A DNA stretch of 64,000 bases, from the NCBI RefSeq assembly GCF_964355755.1, contig NC_092677.1:2316101-2380100 (forward strand), given 5' to 3'. Below the pieces are notes generated by a model. The model ran no database searches, was not told the origin of the DNA, and was given only the letters and a program-made list of their open reading frames with translations. A program made the position numbers and the translations under genes. The DNA is from Antedon mediterranea (taxonomy: Eukaryota; Animalia; Echinodermata). How positions within the stretch are numbered: the first letter of the stretch is position 1; each line of letters begins with the position of its first letter. Shown in pieces: positions 1 to 15,632 of the stretch.

Positions 1-801
1 AAAGATGGTTACGGTAATGGTATCGTGGATTTCCATGAATAGCGAGTTAGACGATAGTTATATTAGTGTGAAATGCCTGATTGCTCTTCTTTCGCATTTT
101 CGTTGATTACTCTTGTATCTTGCAATCAATTTCATTACTGATTTTCCAGAAACGATAGAGAATTATATAGCACAAGGTTTTTGTAATAATTGGAGACAGA
201 AATTAAACGGTTTCTCCACAAATTGATTTGTGGTCAATTTGCTAACGCGGCTAATAACACAAGTCATACGAAATAACTTTGACTCATTAAGCGTTGTAAA
301 TTATCAAAATGCGCATCATATTTGATCATTTTGGTCTGTCGCGTTCTCAGGATGAAATTTTACAAATCTAGTGGATTTTTCATGAAGTGTTGCTGAATAA
401 ATAAGACAAATAGCGGGGCGTGAATCATTACGTATTATCTCTCATTTTAAAACATCCCCATAACGGAAACTTTTCGTGAAGAAAACGAGAAGCGATATTA
501 TATTTCAACACTACGACGAATTCTTATAAAGGCTACATCCCCATTAAGGGGGACACTTGTTGGGTCCCAAAGTTTGTCCATTCATTCAATGTAAATTTTG
601 CTCATTTTGTAATCATTCATTCAATCATCATCATCATCATCATCATCATCATTTTATTAAATGATACGCACCTTCAAACAAAACGGCATTGCAACAACTA
701 ACACAATAATACACATTTCATATCCACTCACATTCTCCCATATCGATTTTTTTTCTCAATTCTATATTTATTTTTCTCGTTTGTGACGTTAACTACAACT
801 C

Positions 802-963
802 CAGTCTAGGTTCTAGACCGAAATTATTAGTAAAAAGATCAATATTTTGGCACATATGGCGTTTCATACGTTTAATACATGAGCTCACATTCTAGGACAA
901 AAATCGAAACGCTGACTGACAATAAACAATAAACAATAAAGACAGACTTGGAGGACAAGTCCA
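802..963 (-). mobile_element. Internally deleted copy of the same AcademH-like element
   Basis: Same two termini in reverse orientation, including GGCACATATGGCGTTTCATACG. Perfect TSD CTACAACTC at 793-801 and 964-972. Confidence 0.78.
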
Positions 964-1489
964 CTACAACTCATTTCATTCATAACTATCATTGATCAAT
1001 ACAATTTAATACATCTTGCTATTTTTTTTAAAATTACTATTCTGGTTTTTGTTTGTTTTGTTTGTTTTTTTTAGTTTAATATAGATTTGGTTATTGACTC
1101 CGGACTTTAAACCTCCTCTTAAGGTAGGTGAACACATGCTGCAGGTTGTGATTTATACTCATACGTAATAATCATGTTCACTTTTCAATAATTTATTTTC
1201 TTGATACCATCTATTAACGTTTTAAGTTGAAAGGTTGAAAGGTTGAAAGGTAAGTTATATGATGGAGCAATTAAAGGCGGATAACTAACTTATACCTGCA
1301 TACTCCAAAGGGCAAGTGTATCACTCGGTAGAATTCTACACGGTCCAAGTAAATGTATAGCCGCCGCATGGATGTTACAAAACATGGCAGTTATACAGTC
1401 TTAAGAGGTTAAGGGTCAACATCTTAAAACTTAAATTTGTGTCGGATTTGGTTATTCTTATGATGTCATGACGATGATTACTGATTATG

Positions 1490-2075
1490 ATGAAAGTTAT
1501 ATGGAGATAATGATGATGAGAATGATGATGATGATGATATGAGGATTATGATGATGATGATGATGATGATATGAGGATGATGATGATGGTGATGATGATG
1601 ATGATATGAGAATGATGATGATGGTGATGATGATGATGATGATGATATGAGGATGATGATGATGATGATGATGATGATATGAGGATGATAATGATGGTAA
1701 TGATGATGATAATGATAATGAAGATAATTATGATAATGATGAAGATAACGATGAGGATGATGATAATGAAGATGAGGATGATGATGATAATAATGAAGAT
1801 AATGATGATGATGATGATATGGGGATGATAATGATAAAGATGAATGAAATGATGGTTGTGATGATGATGATGGTTATAATGATGATGATGATGATGAAGA
1901 TGATAAAGATGAATGAAATGATGATGAATTGATGGTTATAATGATGATGATGATGATAAAGATGAATGAAATGATGATGAATTGATGGTTATGATGATAA
2001 TAATTCAGATAACAAAGGATAATGTGTGACAGTGAAAAGCAATGACTAGAAGATGATGACGTAATTGAAGATGAC
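1490..2075. repeat. Degenerate (GAT/ATG)n microsatellite field
   Basis: Long imperfect GATGAT runs. Similar fields at 625-652, 8220-8750, 44390-44710 and 55375-55443. Confidence 0.9.
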
Positions 2076-4295
2076 GTCAATACTTATAATGAATTACTAT
2101 TAGTTAACAATGATGGATAACAACTCGCAGAAATCTAGGCTAAGTTTCCAGCATTTCAAAGCTTTAATATGACATGCTTAAACGTGAATATGCTTCACTG
2201 AAACATAGAAAACCCATTTATTACAAAAAAACTGCATTTTATGAAATGCCATTATATTAATTTTCATCAAAAGAAAACTTATCAATGAAATGTAATCACG
2301 GTCATTGACAAAACTTCCAAATCTCTAAGTATATTACAATTAGAAAAAAGGCTTCGCTTCCTTCGACAAAATCGATAATGAATACAAAATTAAAAGTCAG
2401 CCTTCGGTTTAGGAGGAGCAGGATGACACAATGGTAATTCTTGGTGGGGTTTTTCCCCGTTGAATTAGCAAAATCGATAAAACCTACTTTTCAATTTAAT
2501 TAATGCTATCTTTAGAGTGCGTACAGTGGTGTACTGGATACGATCTTAAAAAGCAGACAGTTTTTGTATTATCTAATTTATTATGTATCTAAGACATTTG
2601 GGAAGATTTCGCGGCTCTTCTAATTTGTATACAGTTGTTCAAATAATGTCTATACTACTTGTTGATTAAGCTCTGTCTATACGTACTATCAAACTAGTTT
2701 TACAAAAAAAAGTATCATGTGCCCAAATATGGTAGTGATATGCTCAACTATGGTAGTGATATGACATCATCATGTCCATATTATGGGCACATCACATTTT
2801 GTTATCACATAAAGATAGTGTACTGAGTTTTAGTGCTTATTGCTTAGTTGTTCTATTGTGAAATACAGTATATATAGTAGAATCTGTGGTCTCTATCATA
2901 CAAACCTCCTGGTTTTCCGAGACGCCATTTCATCATTTTTCATGAATCATTGTACATATAATAATCATTTATATAGTAATTGGATGAATAAATGTATTTG
3001 TATTTGTATATCTTAGTAAGCCCATATCTATTATTAGTGCTTTTTCTAGCCTATTATTTTAGTATCTTTAGTGTGAACGCATGCTAGGCTACATCAGGTA
3101 CATAAATACGATCGTTTGTTGCCCATGACTTTTTTCTTTCACGTTGCATTATGAATAATACATTTCGAATAATTAAAAATTAGAAATATATATTTGGGAA
3201 AAGAAAAAAAAAAGACTATTGCTCTTAGCGAGGATCACATGATTAATCATGTAAAGGCATGATATTTTTCAGCAGAAGACACATGGCGCCTGAGGGCGCT
3301 TAGCCTGTCATTACCCAACTCGCTTAATTCAATATGACGTTTCAACACAATACGAATAAGGTATATATATACCTGCTGGCCTTATGCATTTTACAGACTG
3401 AGTTGCGTATAGTTGTGGATTGGCAGTTGTCTCAACTTTAAAAGGGAATTTTATATACGATGGTCAATGATAATAAAAAAAATGTATTTATTTTCAACAT
3501 TATTCTTCTGCAGTTACTGCAGTAATTATTTGTTGTTACTGCAATAATGCATTTTATTTATTTTTGAATGTTAGAATTTAATTGTATGAGTCAGTCTATC
3601 TCAGCACAAAAATAGTAATAGTACATGCATAAACAGGTTAAAGAGTAAATTTAGTTACTGCAATACACTCAAACTGAAATTATTCCTCAATATATTCTAA
3701 ACAAAAATAGCTGTTATTAGAGTAGGCCTACCTATCACACTTCTACGCATGTCCACGTTAGTCAAAACACCCTGTTATCACTACATCAACGCACACGTTA
3801 GTCATAAACACCCTGATATAACTACATCTATGCATGCTCAGTCCGTAACTAAACACGCAGGCCAACATTTCTAGAGTAATCATTCACCATACAGAAAAAT
3901 AAATTTAGCAAATTGTTTTTTGATTGATTTTAAATGTCAAATCTTAGATTCAATACTAATTGACATTTTGAGACCACGTGGTATACGCTTTATACAAGTC
4001 ATAAAAAATGCGATGAACGTATAGTACAGTATTTAACGATATCATTAATTGTAGGCCTAGTAATGAACATTTATGTATTAGCAAAAATCACAATAACGTA
4101 CGTTCATATGGTAATAATAACGATATCTCTCAGATTGTATACTTTGAACTAAGAATACGCAAATATCCAATCGAAATAATTAATAGAATCTTCAATAAAA
4201 GATTACCTGACATTTTTGTTCGATGATATTTGTTTATAGCCTATTTCTTCATAAAACCTTAAATTGGTATGCTTATGTATGTATACGCATGTGTA

Positions 4296-4500
4296 TATGT
4301 GGGTATAGATATATATGTGGGTATAGATATATATGTGGATATAGATATATATGTGGATATAGATATATATATGGGTATAGATATATATGTGGGTATAGAT
4401 ATATATATGGGTATAGATATATATATGGGTATAGATATATATGTGGGTATAGATATATATGTGGGTATAGATATATATGTGGGTATAGATATATATGTGT
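4296..4500. repeat. 18-bp minisatellite (GGGTATAGATATATATGT), about 11 copies
   Basis: Directly visible; explains four spurious ORFs. Confidence 0.95.
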
Positions 4501-6387
4501 AGTCCTATAAGTGTTTGGTACGTTTGTATGTATGATGTATTGGTATATATACACATGCGTATTATTATGTCAATATAAACAATTAATTTTTATTTTTATC
4601 ATTACTGTAAATAATCATTGTATATATTTTATAATTTATATTTATATTGGTCTTGTTTTTTTTGTTTGTAAAAATCTACTGTAATATTATACCTTATTGT
4701 GGTTACCATTATAACAAATGTACGATTGATTGAATAAAGTTCACATAAAGTAATATAGTAATATGTATATCGACCTATATGTGTTTGTATGTCTAATTTA
4801 GAAAGAAATTATGAATGTAAACAAAGAAAGAAACACCCCCAAAACAAATTGAAAATTAAGAAAAATATGTTAATTTGATTATTAAAAATATAGACATACT
4901 GTATTTGAGAAAAAAAAAGAATGAATTTATACTATCTGTTGGTCGTGACCTATTTGAGTGTACTTTAAACTATATACCTTTTATTTTGCTGCATTATTTC
5001 AAAGAATAATATTACAACGTTAACTCTATTATGAAAGCAATACCAAAACGGTTTAATTAAAGATAAAAACGCATTTTAATTTGTATTTATTTTCAAGCAA
5101 AGCAAGAATTAAAAAGAGAAAACAATTTTTGTTAATTGATAATGTATGTATAAAAAACATATAAGTATAGTTAATGTATAAGATTATAAAAGAAAGGAAA
5201 TGAATTAAGGATTTATGTATTAATTAATTAAAGATAAAAACGCATCTTATTTGTATTTATGAAAAAATTGTTCAAAGAAAAAAAAAATGTTTGTTAATAA
5301 TTGATAACGCAGTTAACATGTATAAAAACTAATTCAAGAATTAAAAAGATAAAAATTGTTAAAAAGAGAAAAATACTTTGTTAATTGATAATGTATGTAC
5401 CAAGAATATAAGTATAATTAATATATAAGATTATAAAAGAAATGAAATGCATCGATGATGACATGTATAAAAAATAGAAAATAACTATGGTGAATAATAC
5501 AGATAACAAAAATGCAATTGCATAAATATATATTAGGCCTACCGTTCTTATATGATGTTTGTTTGAAATAAAAGTGGGATGATCCCACATAAAAAAAAAA
5601 TAATAACGTACGTTCATATGACAGAACGGAAGGTAGCACCCTTTCATGTGCTCCGAAAACAGGCCCATGTGGCGTCCCATACAGGCCCATGTAGCGTCCC
5701 ATACTGGCCCACGTGGAGTCCCATACATGCCCATGTCCCACAATGGTCTCATGGTCCACTTTACTCAGCCCTCTTAGACAAGCGATATGATAAAGTTGAA
5801 AGCAACACGGGGATGCTATCTTTCTTTTCCTGAAATATCCTAAAATATTCTTTAAAAATGTACAAAAGCATACGAATATTCTTCAATAAATTGTTTGAAT
5901 TTTCTCTAAAAATATTCCACTTGCAATCGATATAAAGCTCAAGGGTAGAGATACGTGAATTATTCAACGCATTTTAGGATAAGTCTACTACAAGAAATAA
6001 GAAACAAAATCTATTATTCAACCGTGCGCCAAATTATATGAATGAAACTATCCGTTAAAATTGTCCACCGATTGTCTGAAGCTGGTGGTGCGCGCGCGCG
6101 GCAGACTATACATTAATATGTTTTCAAATGTTCATCTAATTGAAGATCATGGTTAATGACTTTACACGTGATCACACATGACTAATTTATAAATATTACT
6201 TAATTAATCAAGATTATTTTCAAATTCAATAACATTATAACAAATATAAAATTGTAGGATTGTTTGTAGGAAGAACATTTTAACTTAACCTATATACTGT
6301 ATTCTATATATTATTACAATTACATTTCACTGTAATGTATATAATACCTTTGTAATTACAAAAAAACCAGAACAGAATCAGAACGCT

Positions 6388-6590
6388 ATCAGACCAAGCA
6401 GACGATCGGTAAAGCAGACGACCGGTGAAAAAGACGATTGGTGAAGCAAACGACCGGTGAAGCAGACGATCGCTTAAGCGGACGATTGCTGAAGCAGGCG
6501 ATCGGTGAAACAGCAGACGATCGCTGTAGCAGACGACCGCTGAAGCAGATGATTGGTGAAGCAGCAGACGATCGCTGAAGCAGACGATCA
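6388..6590. repeat. Degenerate 19-22-bp tandem repeat (GCAGACGATCGGTGAA)
   Basis: About 10 imperfect units. Confidence 0.8.
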
Positions 6591-9500
6591 AAATAAAGTG
6601 TGTACATCGTTTGCGGTATACAAACACACGTTTGGGAGTGGCAAAAAAACTGCTTATTATTATTTGAACCAGGGATCGATCCTATGATGTGTAGGCAAGT
6701 AGGCCTATATCATATATCACCTGCATTCGTTCTACTTCAATACTGTAGTCAACTTTATATTATCATTCTATATAAAAAATGTCTGCCTATTGTTAAGCGC
6801 GCTTCTCCATCGATCCAAACGATCACGACAATGTGTTAATAAAATCAGCATTTATATTCGAATTACTGTTATAAATGATCTAATCCGATAGAGCAATACA
6901 TTACAGTAGCTATTGTTGAGAACAATGCTAATAGATAGTTTAGTATCAATCATAATTAGCTTGAACCCATCTACAGTTAAGTAAGTTCTTAAATTCCTAA
7001 TCAAATCAAGATCCAATTACGTGATAATGAACGATTATTCGCCTTTGTGATCACCATTCACCACTGGTCTGAAGAGAGCAGGAGGAGGGAGAGACTAATG
7101 CATTTTGCAAGATCGTCCGTTTGTCATCACGTGATTGCTGATTTTGCGCCTTTTATCAGTAGATTGAATCTTTAAACGCTTTGATAACTTGTTATATAAG
7201 TTTGGACATACTACATTACTTTCAGACCATTATTTACACCACATGCTGCAGAAATTCTGCCATGTGTGGAAGAGAGATAAGGCCTGTGTAATTTGACGTT
7301 AACGTTTCATCATGGAACTCTGTTACACTCATGCGTCGGCCGCACATTGCCAAAATAGAAATTTATTACCAGACTGAAGCTCTGTCTACACTATAAAACT
7401 AGTTTTATAAAAAAAAGAGTGATGTGCAAATATGGTAGTGATATGTCAAAATATGGTAGTGGTATAGCATTTTCATGTCCATATATGGGCACATCACATT
7501 GTGTTGTCACATAAAGTTTGATAGTATAAAAACTAATAAGACTAAAAACAATCTTTAGAGAAAATATGGTCTAAAACATGCAACTTCTTCTGAAATGACC
7601 GTCTTCTCAAATTTCACTCTTGAAGTTTGGTAGGCCTACTACATTTGCCATCTGCTTTTTGTTACTTCAACTGTGATATATGTCGACAAATACCTCATGT
7701 TGACCAAAACATATACTGTAGTTTACTTTAAATTAATGTTTTCTAAATCCATTTACATGAATACAAAATTAGATGAGAATTCTGTGACGAAATATGAAAC
7801 CGCTTTTGGCTGCAATTAGTCTAATTTAAGTTGATTGATAGCTAGCAAGGCGTACAGGTATAGCGTATGTTCTTACCAATGGAAACATTTCTGGGTTAAT
7901 TTACCCAAAAAAAATTGAATAGCAGACATTTTTTTTTCATAATCAATTTTTAAAAAACAATAGGCCTAGCCTACTTGTCTAACTAGACACTTGTTTATAG
8001 GTTAGATTAAATGTACAGTATAACCAGCAGCGGGAGAGCAATTCAAAGTGGTTCAACAACGCTCTCAGTTTGAGTTATTACGCTTACGTTATTGTCATTA
8101 CTCGCGTTCCATATTTAACAAGTGACGGTATGTGTGGGGGTTAGGCAATGCACACTTTACTTAATCGTTGTAATACGGTTTGTGAACGTAAATATTATGT
8201 TTTATTTATGGAGGAATCATGATGATGATGAATTTTGTCGGTTATTGTGTCACCAAGATCCAAAAAATATGTCAAACCATTCCCTCCCGATCGATGATGA
8301 TGATGATGAAAATGATGATGACGATGATTATGATGACAAGGATAAGTTTGAGGAAGGAAGAGACAATGCTAATAAAGAATAGGCTATAAGACTATGATGA
8401 TGATAAGGAGGAGAATGGTAATTAAAATTAGGCGAAATGATGATGATGTTGATGACGATGATGATGATGATGATGATGACGATATAAATGATGATGATGA
8501 TGAAAATGATGATGACGATGATCATGATGACAAGGATGAGTTGGAGGAAGAAAGAGAATAGAAGGATGAGGGTAAATTATGAGTATGTGATGATGATTAT
8601 AGTAATGACGATGATGTTGATGATAATTACTAGGAAATGAAGATGATGACAGTTGATAATTATAAACAAAATGTGTTGCTGCTAAGTAGGAGAATAACGA
8701 GAGGAAGATTATAGGGAATTGATGATGATGACAGGACTTGTGATAAAGAAGATGAACAACGTGTTGTCTTACACATCATCCTAATAAGTACTACACACAA
8801 TCTCACTCCCAAACATCTTATACACTGCTCGAAGCGTTCTCATTTCTGTATCTGCTATTTAGCACTAAGTACTAATTCTTCAGTAAACATGTTTAATGTT
8901 CCACTTCCATTCGAAATACGAGCCTACACCGTAAGAGTGTACAATACGCAAACTGTCACTTAATAGCATTGATTCTGTACACCACTCGTTAGCGACTGTC
9001 GCAAAGGATAATGCCCGGATGCCAATGGGTTTCTTTGATTGGCAACTAAAGGAAACATTCTCCTTCGTCTAAATGTTGCATCAAACCACTTTAATATATT
9101 TACATAATAATGACTAAAAGTCATCAACCTAAAAAGTGTTTCAAAAACCAATAGGTACGCATGCGCAATGTATCACCGAGATTTACCCAGACATTGGTGT
9201 ACTTTAGATTGATGAATTAACATAATGTCAAAAGATATTGTTGACATTTAACTTTATAGATACGTGTAATATTATCTTGAATGTGTAAACGCATAAAATG
9301 CTTACGCGTCAACATACACATCCAACGCGTTTGCATGATACGTAGCAAAACGCGTTTGAATTTCTCTATTAATAGAATATATAAATATTACATAAAACGA
9401 TGCTGGTGGAACGAATACCCGAGAAAACCCGAAGATGAGGTCATCGGGTATACGTCGTCGATTAGGTAGATGAGCTGGCTTACTAACGGTGTGTGTTATT

Positions 9501-11824
9501 CTAATGATTTCTTTTTATTGCAGGTGATATTACATGTTCAAATCTATTCTGAATACGTAATTAGTATAGCCTGAATGGCTAGAGGGAAAAATCAACACTG
9601 GTATGCATGATGGGAAGAAGAAGGGGAGCTTGTCGTTCTTGAACGTTCACAAATGAAACAAAGCGTTTACACACGCACGCATAGTCATCATTTATCACAA
9701 TCATAATCTACTTACAAACAACACAAATACAAATTTGTTTAGTTTTACTAAAAAACCAACATGACAATTGTTGGCGGTTGAACCACGAAATGCTATAGAA
9801 TACAGAGATCATCACGCATTGGTGGAAAAAGTCAATTAACCAAAAACGTATTTAATACATCTGCAGACGATAACTATATCTATCTCATTATTATTCTGTG
9901 AATGTGTATACTTACCGTTGTGTATCTCTAACTGTCATGTAAGCGCTAGGCCTGCAGTATTTCGGCTTCCGAGATGCAGCTTTTCGGTATTTCGAGGCAG
10001 CACTGTGGGCAAAAAAAAATCGTTATTATATTTAATAATATTTGGAAGTCATAATGTTTCCCTTACATATCGAAAATGTTAAAATGAAATTTTTGGAATT
10101 GTTATCTCTGAAAAGAAATTAATTACAATTTTCGCCTATATAGGACAGTATACATAATAGTAAAGTATAATATGTAAATTAGGAGTGGTAAAAATGAGTT
10201 GGGTTGGTATTGGAATTGAGAGTAAGATCCCTTCCGTCATACAAATATGAGTAAAACTCGGCAAGAAACGGAGGAAGGATCCCCTGGTTTAGGAACGATC
10301 ATTAATTGCGAGTACTTTACCCAGTTTGAGATTTGAATAACCGGCCTTGCTCATCATGCAGCAGAAGTTTCATTCACCCTCGGATCGGACGCAACGAATT
10401 GACCAATAACAAGCGACAGTTCGGATGATCTATCGCGTCGTGATTGGTCAAATTGCTTGCGGTGCGCCAAGAGTAAACCAAACTTTAAGTGGGAAAGAGG
10501 ATTAAGTATATAAGTTGAGTCCTCATGTTATGTTTATTATTTTATTCTTCTATTGAATATTGTCTGCAACCCTTAAACGTATGAATAACTAAAGCGGCGA
10601 TTAGTGGTGACCATTCCTGTGCCCAACAAATACCCAACGAGGGCTTCATTTTATCTGTCAACAATTTAAAATATACGTATTTATAAAAACAGGATTTTAT
10701 ATACATTATATAACTATATAACAAGAATTGAATATCAGACAATCACATGTATTCCGATCATTTGATAATCTCCTTAAAGATGTATTGTCCCTTTGACTAA
10801 TTCCAAAAAAATAAAAAATAAAAGATTTCGAAAAAAGGTGGGTCATTTTGAAGTATCATAATAGTTATTAACTATCACCAAAAATTTTTGGAAAAAAAAA
10901 AAAAATTTAACTGAAATACAGATGTTTTTTTGTTAAAAAAATAACTTTGACTTCCAGTCAAAGTTTTCAATCAAAACATATCCCATAATGAAACGCGCTT
11001 GTTTGGCTACTCTGTATGCATAATCATAAAACTTCCTCATGATCTGTGTGAAAATACCTTCTTAACCGTGACGAGTTGTAAACAATCCTAATTTAGCATA
11101 TGCATAATGTGTACTCATGGTTTGAAATCTTTGTTTACTTTCGCTCGTGACGATTTTCCAGATGAAATGTAATCAAACTAATTTACCTGTACTGTGGATA
11201 GCGCAAATATCTTAATTTCATTGGGGTAATTGTATATGTAAACTAAGGGATGAGCACATTATAGCCTCCGTTCTTACACACATCTATTTGGCATAATATG
11301 AGCTACGACGCACAAATCCAAAATAACATGAGGCAGGATCATCCAATTCCCCAGCTACTATATATACAAACAAAAAAACTATAAAACGGAATATTATTCC
11401 TGTGATGTCGCTAGAGAATCATTACGCAACAGAAATGCAACAAAAAAAATACACTGCATGCTATGCAGCAAATTTATGCCTGGATATATTCAGTTCAATG
11501 CTGTTAAATTAAGTGTTTAGACGTCGCTTATGTTTTATTAAGAGACTGCATATGCGTATTAAAATGTAGGCCTATTATACCAGTCAGCTATGAGGAAGTT
11601 ATCTATGCGTAAATATGTCCATTACGGATGCGTACTCGTCCTGCAGATTGTTAAAACTACACTTATCATCATTATGCAAACATCTTTATTCACATTAATG
11701 AATTTGTTTGATGCGGACTGCAGTAGCAACAGCGGGGTAGTTTATCCATGGTCATAGAAAACATTTCAAACAAGCTTTCAACTGTGATACAGCGATCTAG
11801 GCCTATTATTCATTTATTATGCGA

Positions 11825-12045
11825 TACACACACGGTGCTGTACCGACACACGGTACTGCACCGACACAATACTGTGCTACAGAAACACGGTACTGTATCG
11901 ACACACAGTACTGTTCTACAGAAACACGGTACTGCGCCGATACGGTAGTGCAACGACACACGGTGACGACAGAACACGGTACTGTATCAACCCACGGTAC
12001 TACTGCACGATTCACGATACTGTACTACAAAAACACGATACTGTA
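11825..12045. repeat. Degenerate tandem repeat (ACACGGTACTG core)
   Basis: Repeated ACACGGTACTG motifs at about 19-21-bp spacing. Confidence 0.75.
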
Positions 12046-15000
12046 CCTGCATCCGGTATTTCCAGAGACGACATGTCCATTTACACCACACTATTAACTT
12101 TACATTAATACTAATGTATGTCTTTATCTTACATCGGAATGCTTATGACCTCTTTGAAATTATGTAATGATAAAACATAATTCTAACAATTGCCGTCTTT
12201 TACGACTAATAAAAACGAGATAAATGCTATAAAAAATACGGAAGGTTTTAATGTGCTTTTATGCTCCATATACCTGAATAGCAATAGAAACAACACGCAT
12301 GCGCAGACGAGCAATTGAACGCATTCAATTTCATCATTGCATATTAATGTATATTTTGTTGGTATTCATGAATTCTCTCACATTTGAATGAAGAACCTGG
12401 CAACCCATCTTTCTAATCAGCAGCAGGAAACGAGATGGTTGTTGGATCGATGTTAGCGACGTCCGATACTGCAGAGTAAACGATGCATATTTAAACACCC
12501 TTCCCTGTTAAACATCTGAGATCATTATGTTCACCCTCTCAACAAACACTACCTGCCTAAATATATACATTAATCAGGCGTTTGACTATGATTAGCATAC
12601 GATAGAGTCCAGATTGAATTATATGAAAACAGATTATTCGCTTGTGAATACTATTATAGCATATCATCTTCTCTCATGTCTTCTATTCTCTTTTCCTATT
12701 TTAAGCTTACTATATTTATATACATTTTAATCACATTACAATAAATGATTTGTTTAATATAATACTAATTTTAGGGTTTTACGATTATTTTCAATGACGT
12801 CATCGCGTTTCATCATTTTATTTTTCTTTATCTTTTTTTTTCAAATACAAAAATAGGAAAAGGAATATTAAACCGATTATCGGTACTGTATCTAGATTTC
12901 TTCAGTATCATAGGAATATTCAGTAATACAGCATCACATGTTCGTCACATGTTACGCCTAGTATGCCTATCAAGACCATCTAACCCTTAACTACCTTACA
13001 TGATAGGCCTACAGGCATCACATGACACCCAAATGAGATATTGATATGATTAAAATTCCTATGATACTGGGCAAATACTGTCGTATGTGGAGATACAGCA
13101 CTAAGAATCGGGTACACATCATCCTGGTGATGACGTAATGACATTATATCATCCTGGTGATGACGTAATGACGAAATTGAATCTTGGACCAATTACTAGG
13201 ATTATGTTTAATTAGTTTTGTATTTTTAATTTAATTAGGAGAACTTTCCGTTAGTTCTATAAATTAACATATTTTTAAATATTGTTAAAACAATTCTCTG
13301 TATTGTAGATCTACATCATTCATTAGTTCAGTAAGCATACTGTATCTACGGAATATTCTGTGATACACCGTCACATTTCGTCACATGAATTATTGTTTAG
13401 GCCAAGGGTAAAAGTAATGTCACATGTGACACTGTATTTAGAAATTGTGTATGATACTATGTACATTGATTATTGCCTAGATACACATAGGTGAATAGAA
13501 ACTTTTGGAACATGTTGCAGTAACCACCTTGGTTCCCAATACAAGGATACAACGCAGGAAAATTGACCAATCACAAGCGAAGGACTGAACGGTTGCTAGT
13601 GATTGGTCAAATTACCTGCGCTGTGCGTACCTCATTGCGTTGTGTCCAAGTGGTAACCAATCTAAAGTTAGATATTATGTGTATGATATTGGTCGGCAGC
13701 ACGTGTACCACATACGCCAGAAATATGTCAAAGGCTAAAATTACTACGTACATTGTAAGCTGGAAATATATCATATACGACCAAGGTATTTATATAATAT
13801 TACTATATTTAATTATGCTAAATATTGTTTTCTGTATAAATTACAAGCATAAATTAATATACGTGACAAATAATTTAATAATAAGTGAATTTTCAATATT
13901 AAAATAAAGAAATAGGTTATAGAAAACGAATAGGGCGTGTGGTTTATCGTAGGAATAACAAAGTGGTATTGTCCACACTGTAATAATAATATCTATTTAA
14001 GAAAAGTATTATACACATCATTTATACTCAGAAGGAAAACATGAAAGAAATAACATCTTGACAAAAAACTAAAAAGAACATCAAGGCTGTTACAATATAC
14101 AAGACAATGAAGAAACATTAAGACATGAAATAAATGACTAACAAAATTGCTTATACACGATACATCATAATAATGTGTTTAGAAGCGAAGCAACATAGAT
14201 TTTGATAAGAACAATTTAGAGAATCGTCGAGGACACCAACTCAGTATAGAAAATCCGTTAGGCTCGTATACTTAATAAGCTAAATCCAGTCTGGCTTAGA
14301 GACTAAGACCCAAAAAAAGAAAGCAGATTACAAGACGAATTGAACCCAGAACCTTGGTATCAGAAACAACAATTCAACCTGAAGCAGGTATTTCTACAGA
14401 CCTTCAAAATAATTCTAAAGTAGAAAATAATCCATTATCATACAATAAACCGTCATCACATTAATATGAGCTTTATTTGTGAAGTGCTGACAATAATCTA
14501 AAGATTCTTATTTCATTTTTTAGAAAGCGTCCTTCTAAATTTAATTGTCTATTTAAGAAGTACTGTATGAGCTTGAAGTTATTGCGTCACTAAACATAAT
14601 ACGAAGAACTATAGTCATTTCAAAGTGGTTCCCGTCTTGCCCACTCGGACTCCTCACCATTCCGATTACCAATACATGTTTCGAACTCTTAATCGGCGCA
14701 AGCGCACAAGAATTCCCTGGTGTTTCCAAGGCTACTCTGCGTGTTATCAAAATTAAAATAATGGCATTTATAATTCATAAGAATTATACATTTCAAAAAC
14801 CATGAAAACTGACAGGAGGTATAAAGTATAGCATCGCAGCAGCGCGGAGTGTTCGTTCACACAGCGCCTATGGAGAATAAAGTAAAAAATACTCTAAATA
14901 TAGTTTATGAGGTATATAATGTCAAACATGCCATTTCACACACAAAAGTTCAGCATGTGTGTCCACACAGCGTCTATGACGTAAAAGTCAAGCACCACGC

Positions 15001-15632
15001 CAGGACACACAGCCAGCGCTAAGGAATCGATTTTGCGAGGTACTCATAGTTCGTTTATATAAAAATCACTTTAATAATGATAACAAAGGCTAGCTTGAGT
15101 TACAATCAATATTGTTAAGTCAAGATACCTTAGTTGACACTTATTAATAATAAATGACAATGTACGTCTCACGACGCGCGTATTCAAAATACAAAACCAT
15201 TTGTATAAATACAATCATTTCTGTAATAAAAATATGTTATACAATATCATTTCCTTAGGGATGTCAAATCTTATATTTCACCTCTAAGCAGGCAATATTT
15301 GTATAATACAAGCCTCCCACGATACAACGGAAGAAGAAATTATATATGCACTACTTTAATCTATCATGAAAACTAAGAAAAATGACGTAAACCCTACAAA
15401 AGAAAAGACAAATTGTAAAATGTCGACCAAACCATCTCTTTAATCTTCAGAATGCATTGAACTCGGTGTAACAGTATATAAATAGGATAAAGTACATGCT
15501 CGACTACGTGACTAAACTACGGCTGGAGTAAAATGGAAAAGGTATACCTTTTCACGTAAAGGTATAGGCCTATTGGTATTCATAAGGTCAATGGCCAATA
15601 CAACCTACTCAGACCAACGTAACACATTCTAA

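Noticed and set aside
1107-1412. TTAA-bounded CCTCTTAAG/CTTAAGAGG inverted ends (piggyBac-like MITE)
   Set aside because: Left end is imperfect and the match is only about 9 bp.
1874-2080. Ser/Ile/His-rich and Asp-rich ORFs here and at 8122-8525
   Set aside because: Translations of (GAT)n microsatellite fields.
4203-4556. Four overlapping repeat ORFs
   Set aside because: 18-bp minisatellite with no splice context.
9400-9960. Isolated splice-like signals (TTGCAG|G at 9523, minus-strand GTAAGT near 9912)
   Set aside because: No coding frame or consistent exon chain; a lncRNA cannot be supported from sequence alone.
10774-11100. TTAAAGATGTATTGTCCC terminus, also near 18546 (Kolobok-like)
   Set aside because: Only one end is seen in each copy; boundaries cannot be defined.
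14000-14420. A-rich stretch with a RKSVR..PVWLRD-like peptide and TGGTATCAGA (Gypsy relic or PBS)
   Set aside because: Too degenerate; no LTRs or RT/integrase motifs.
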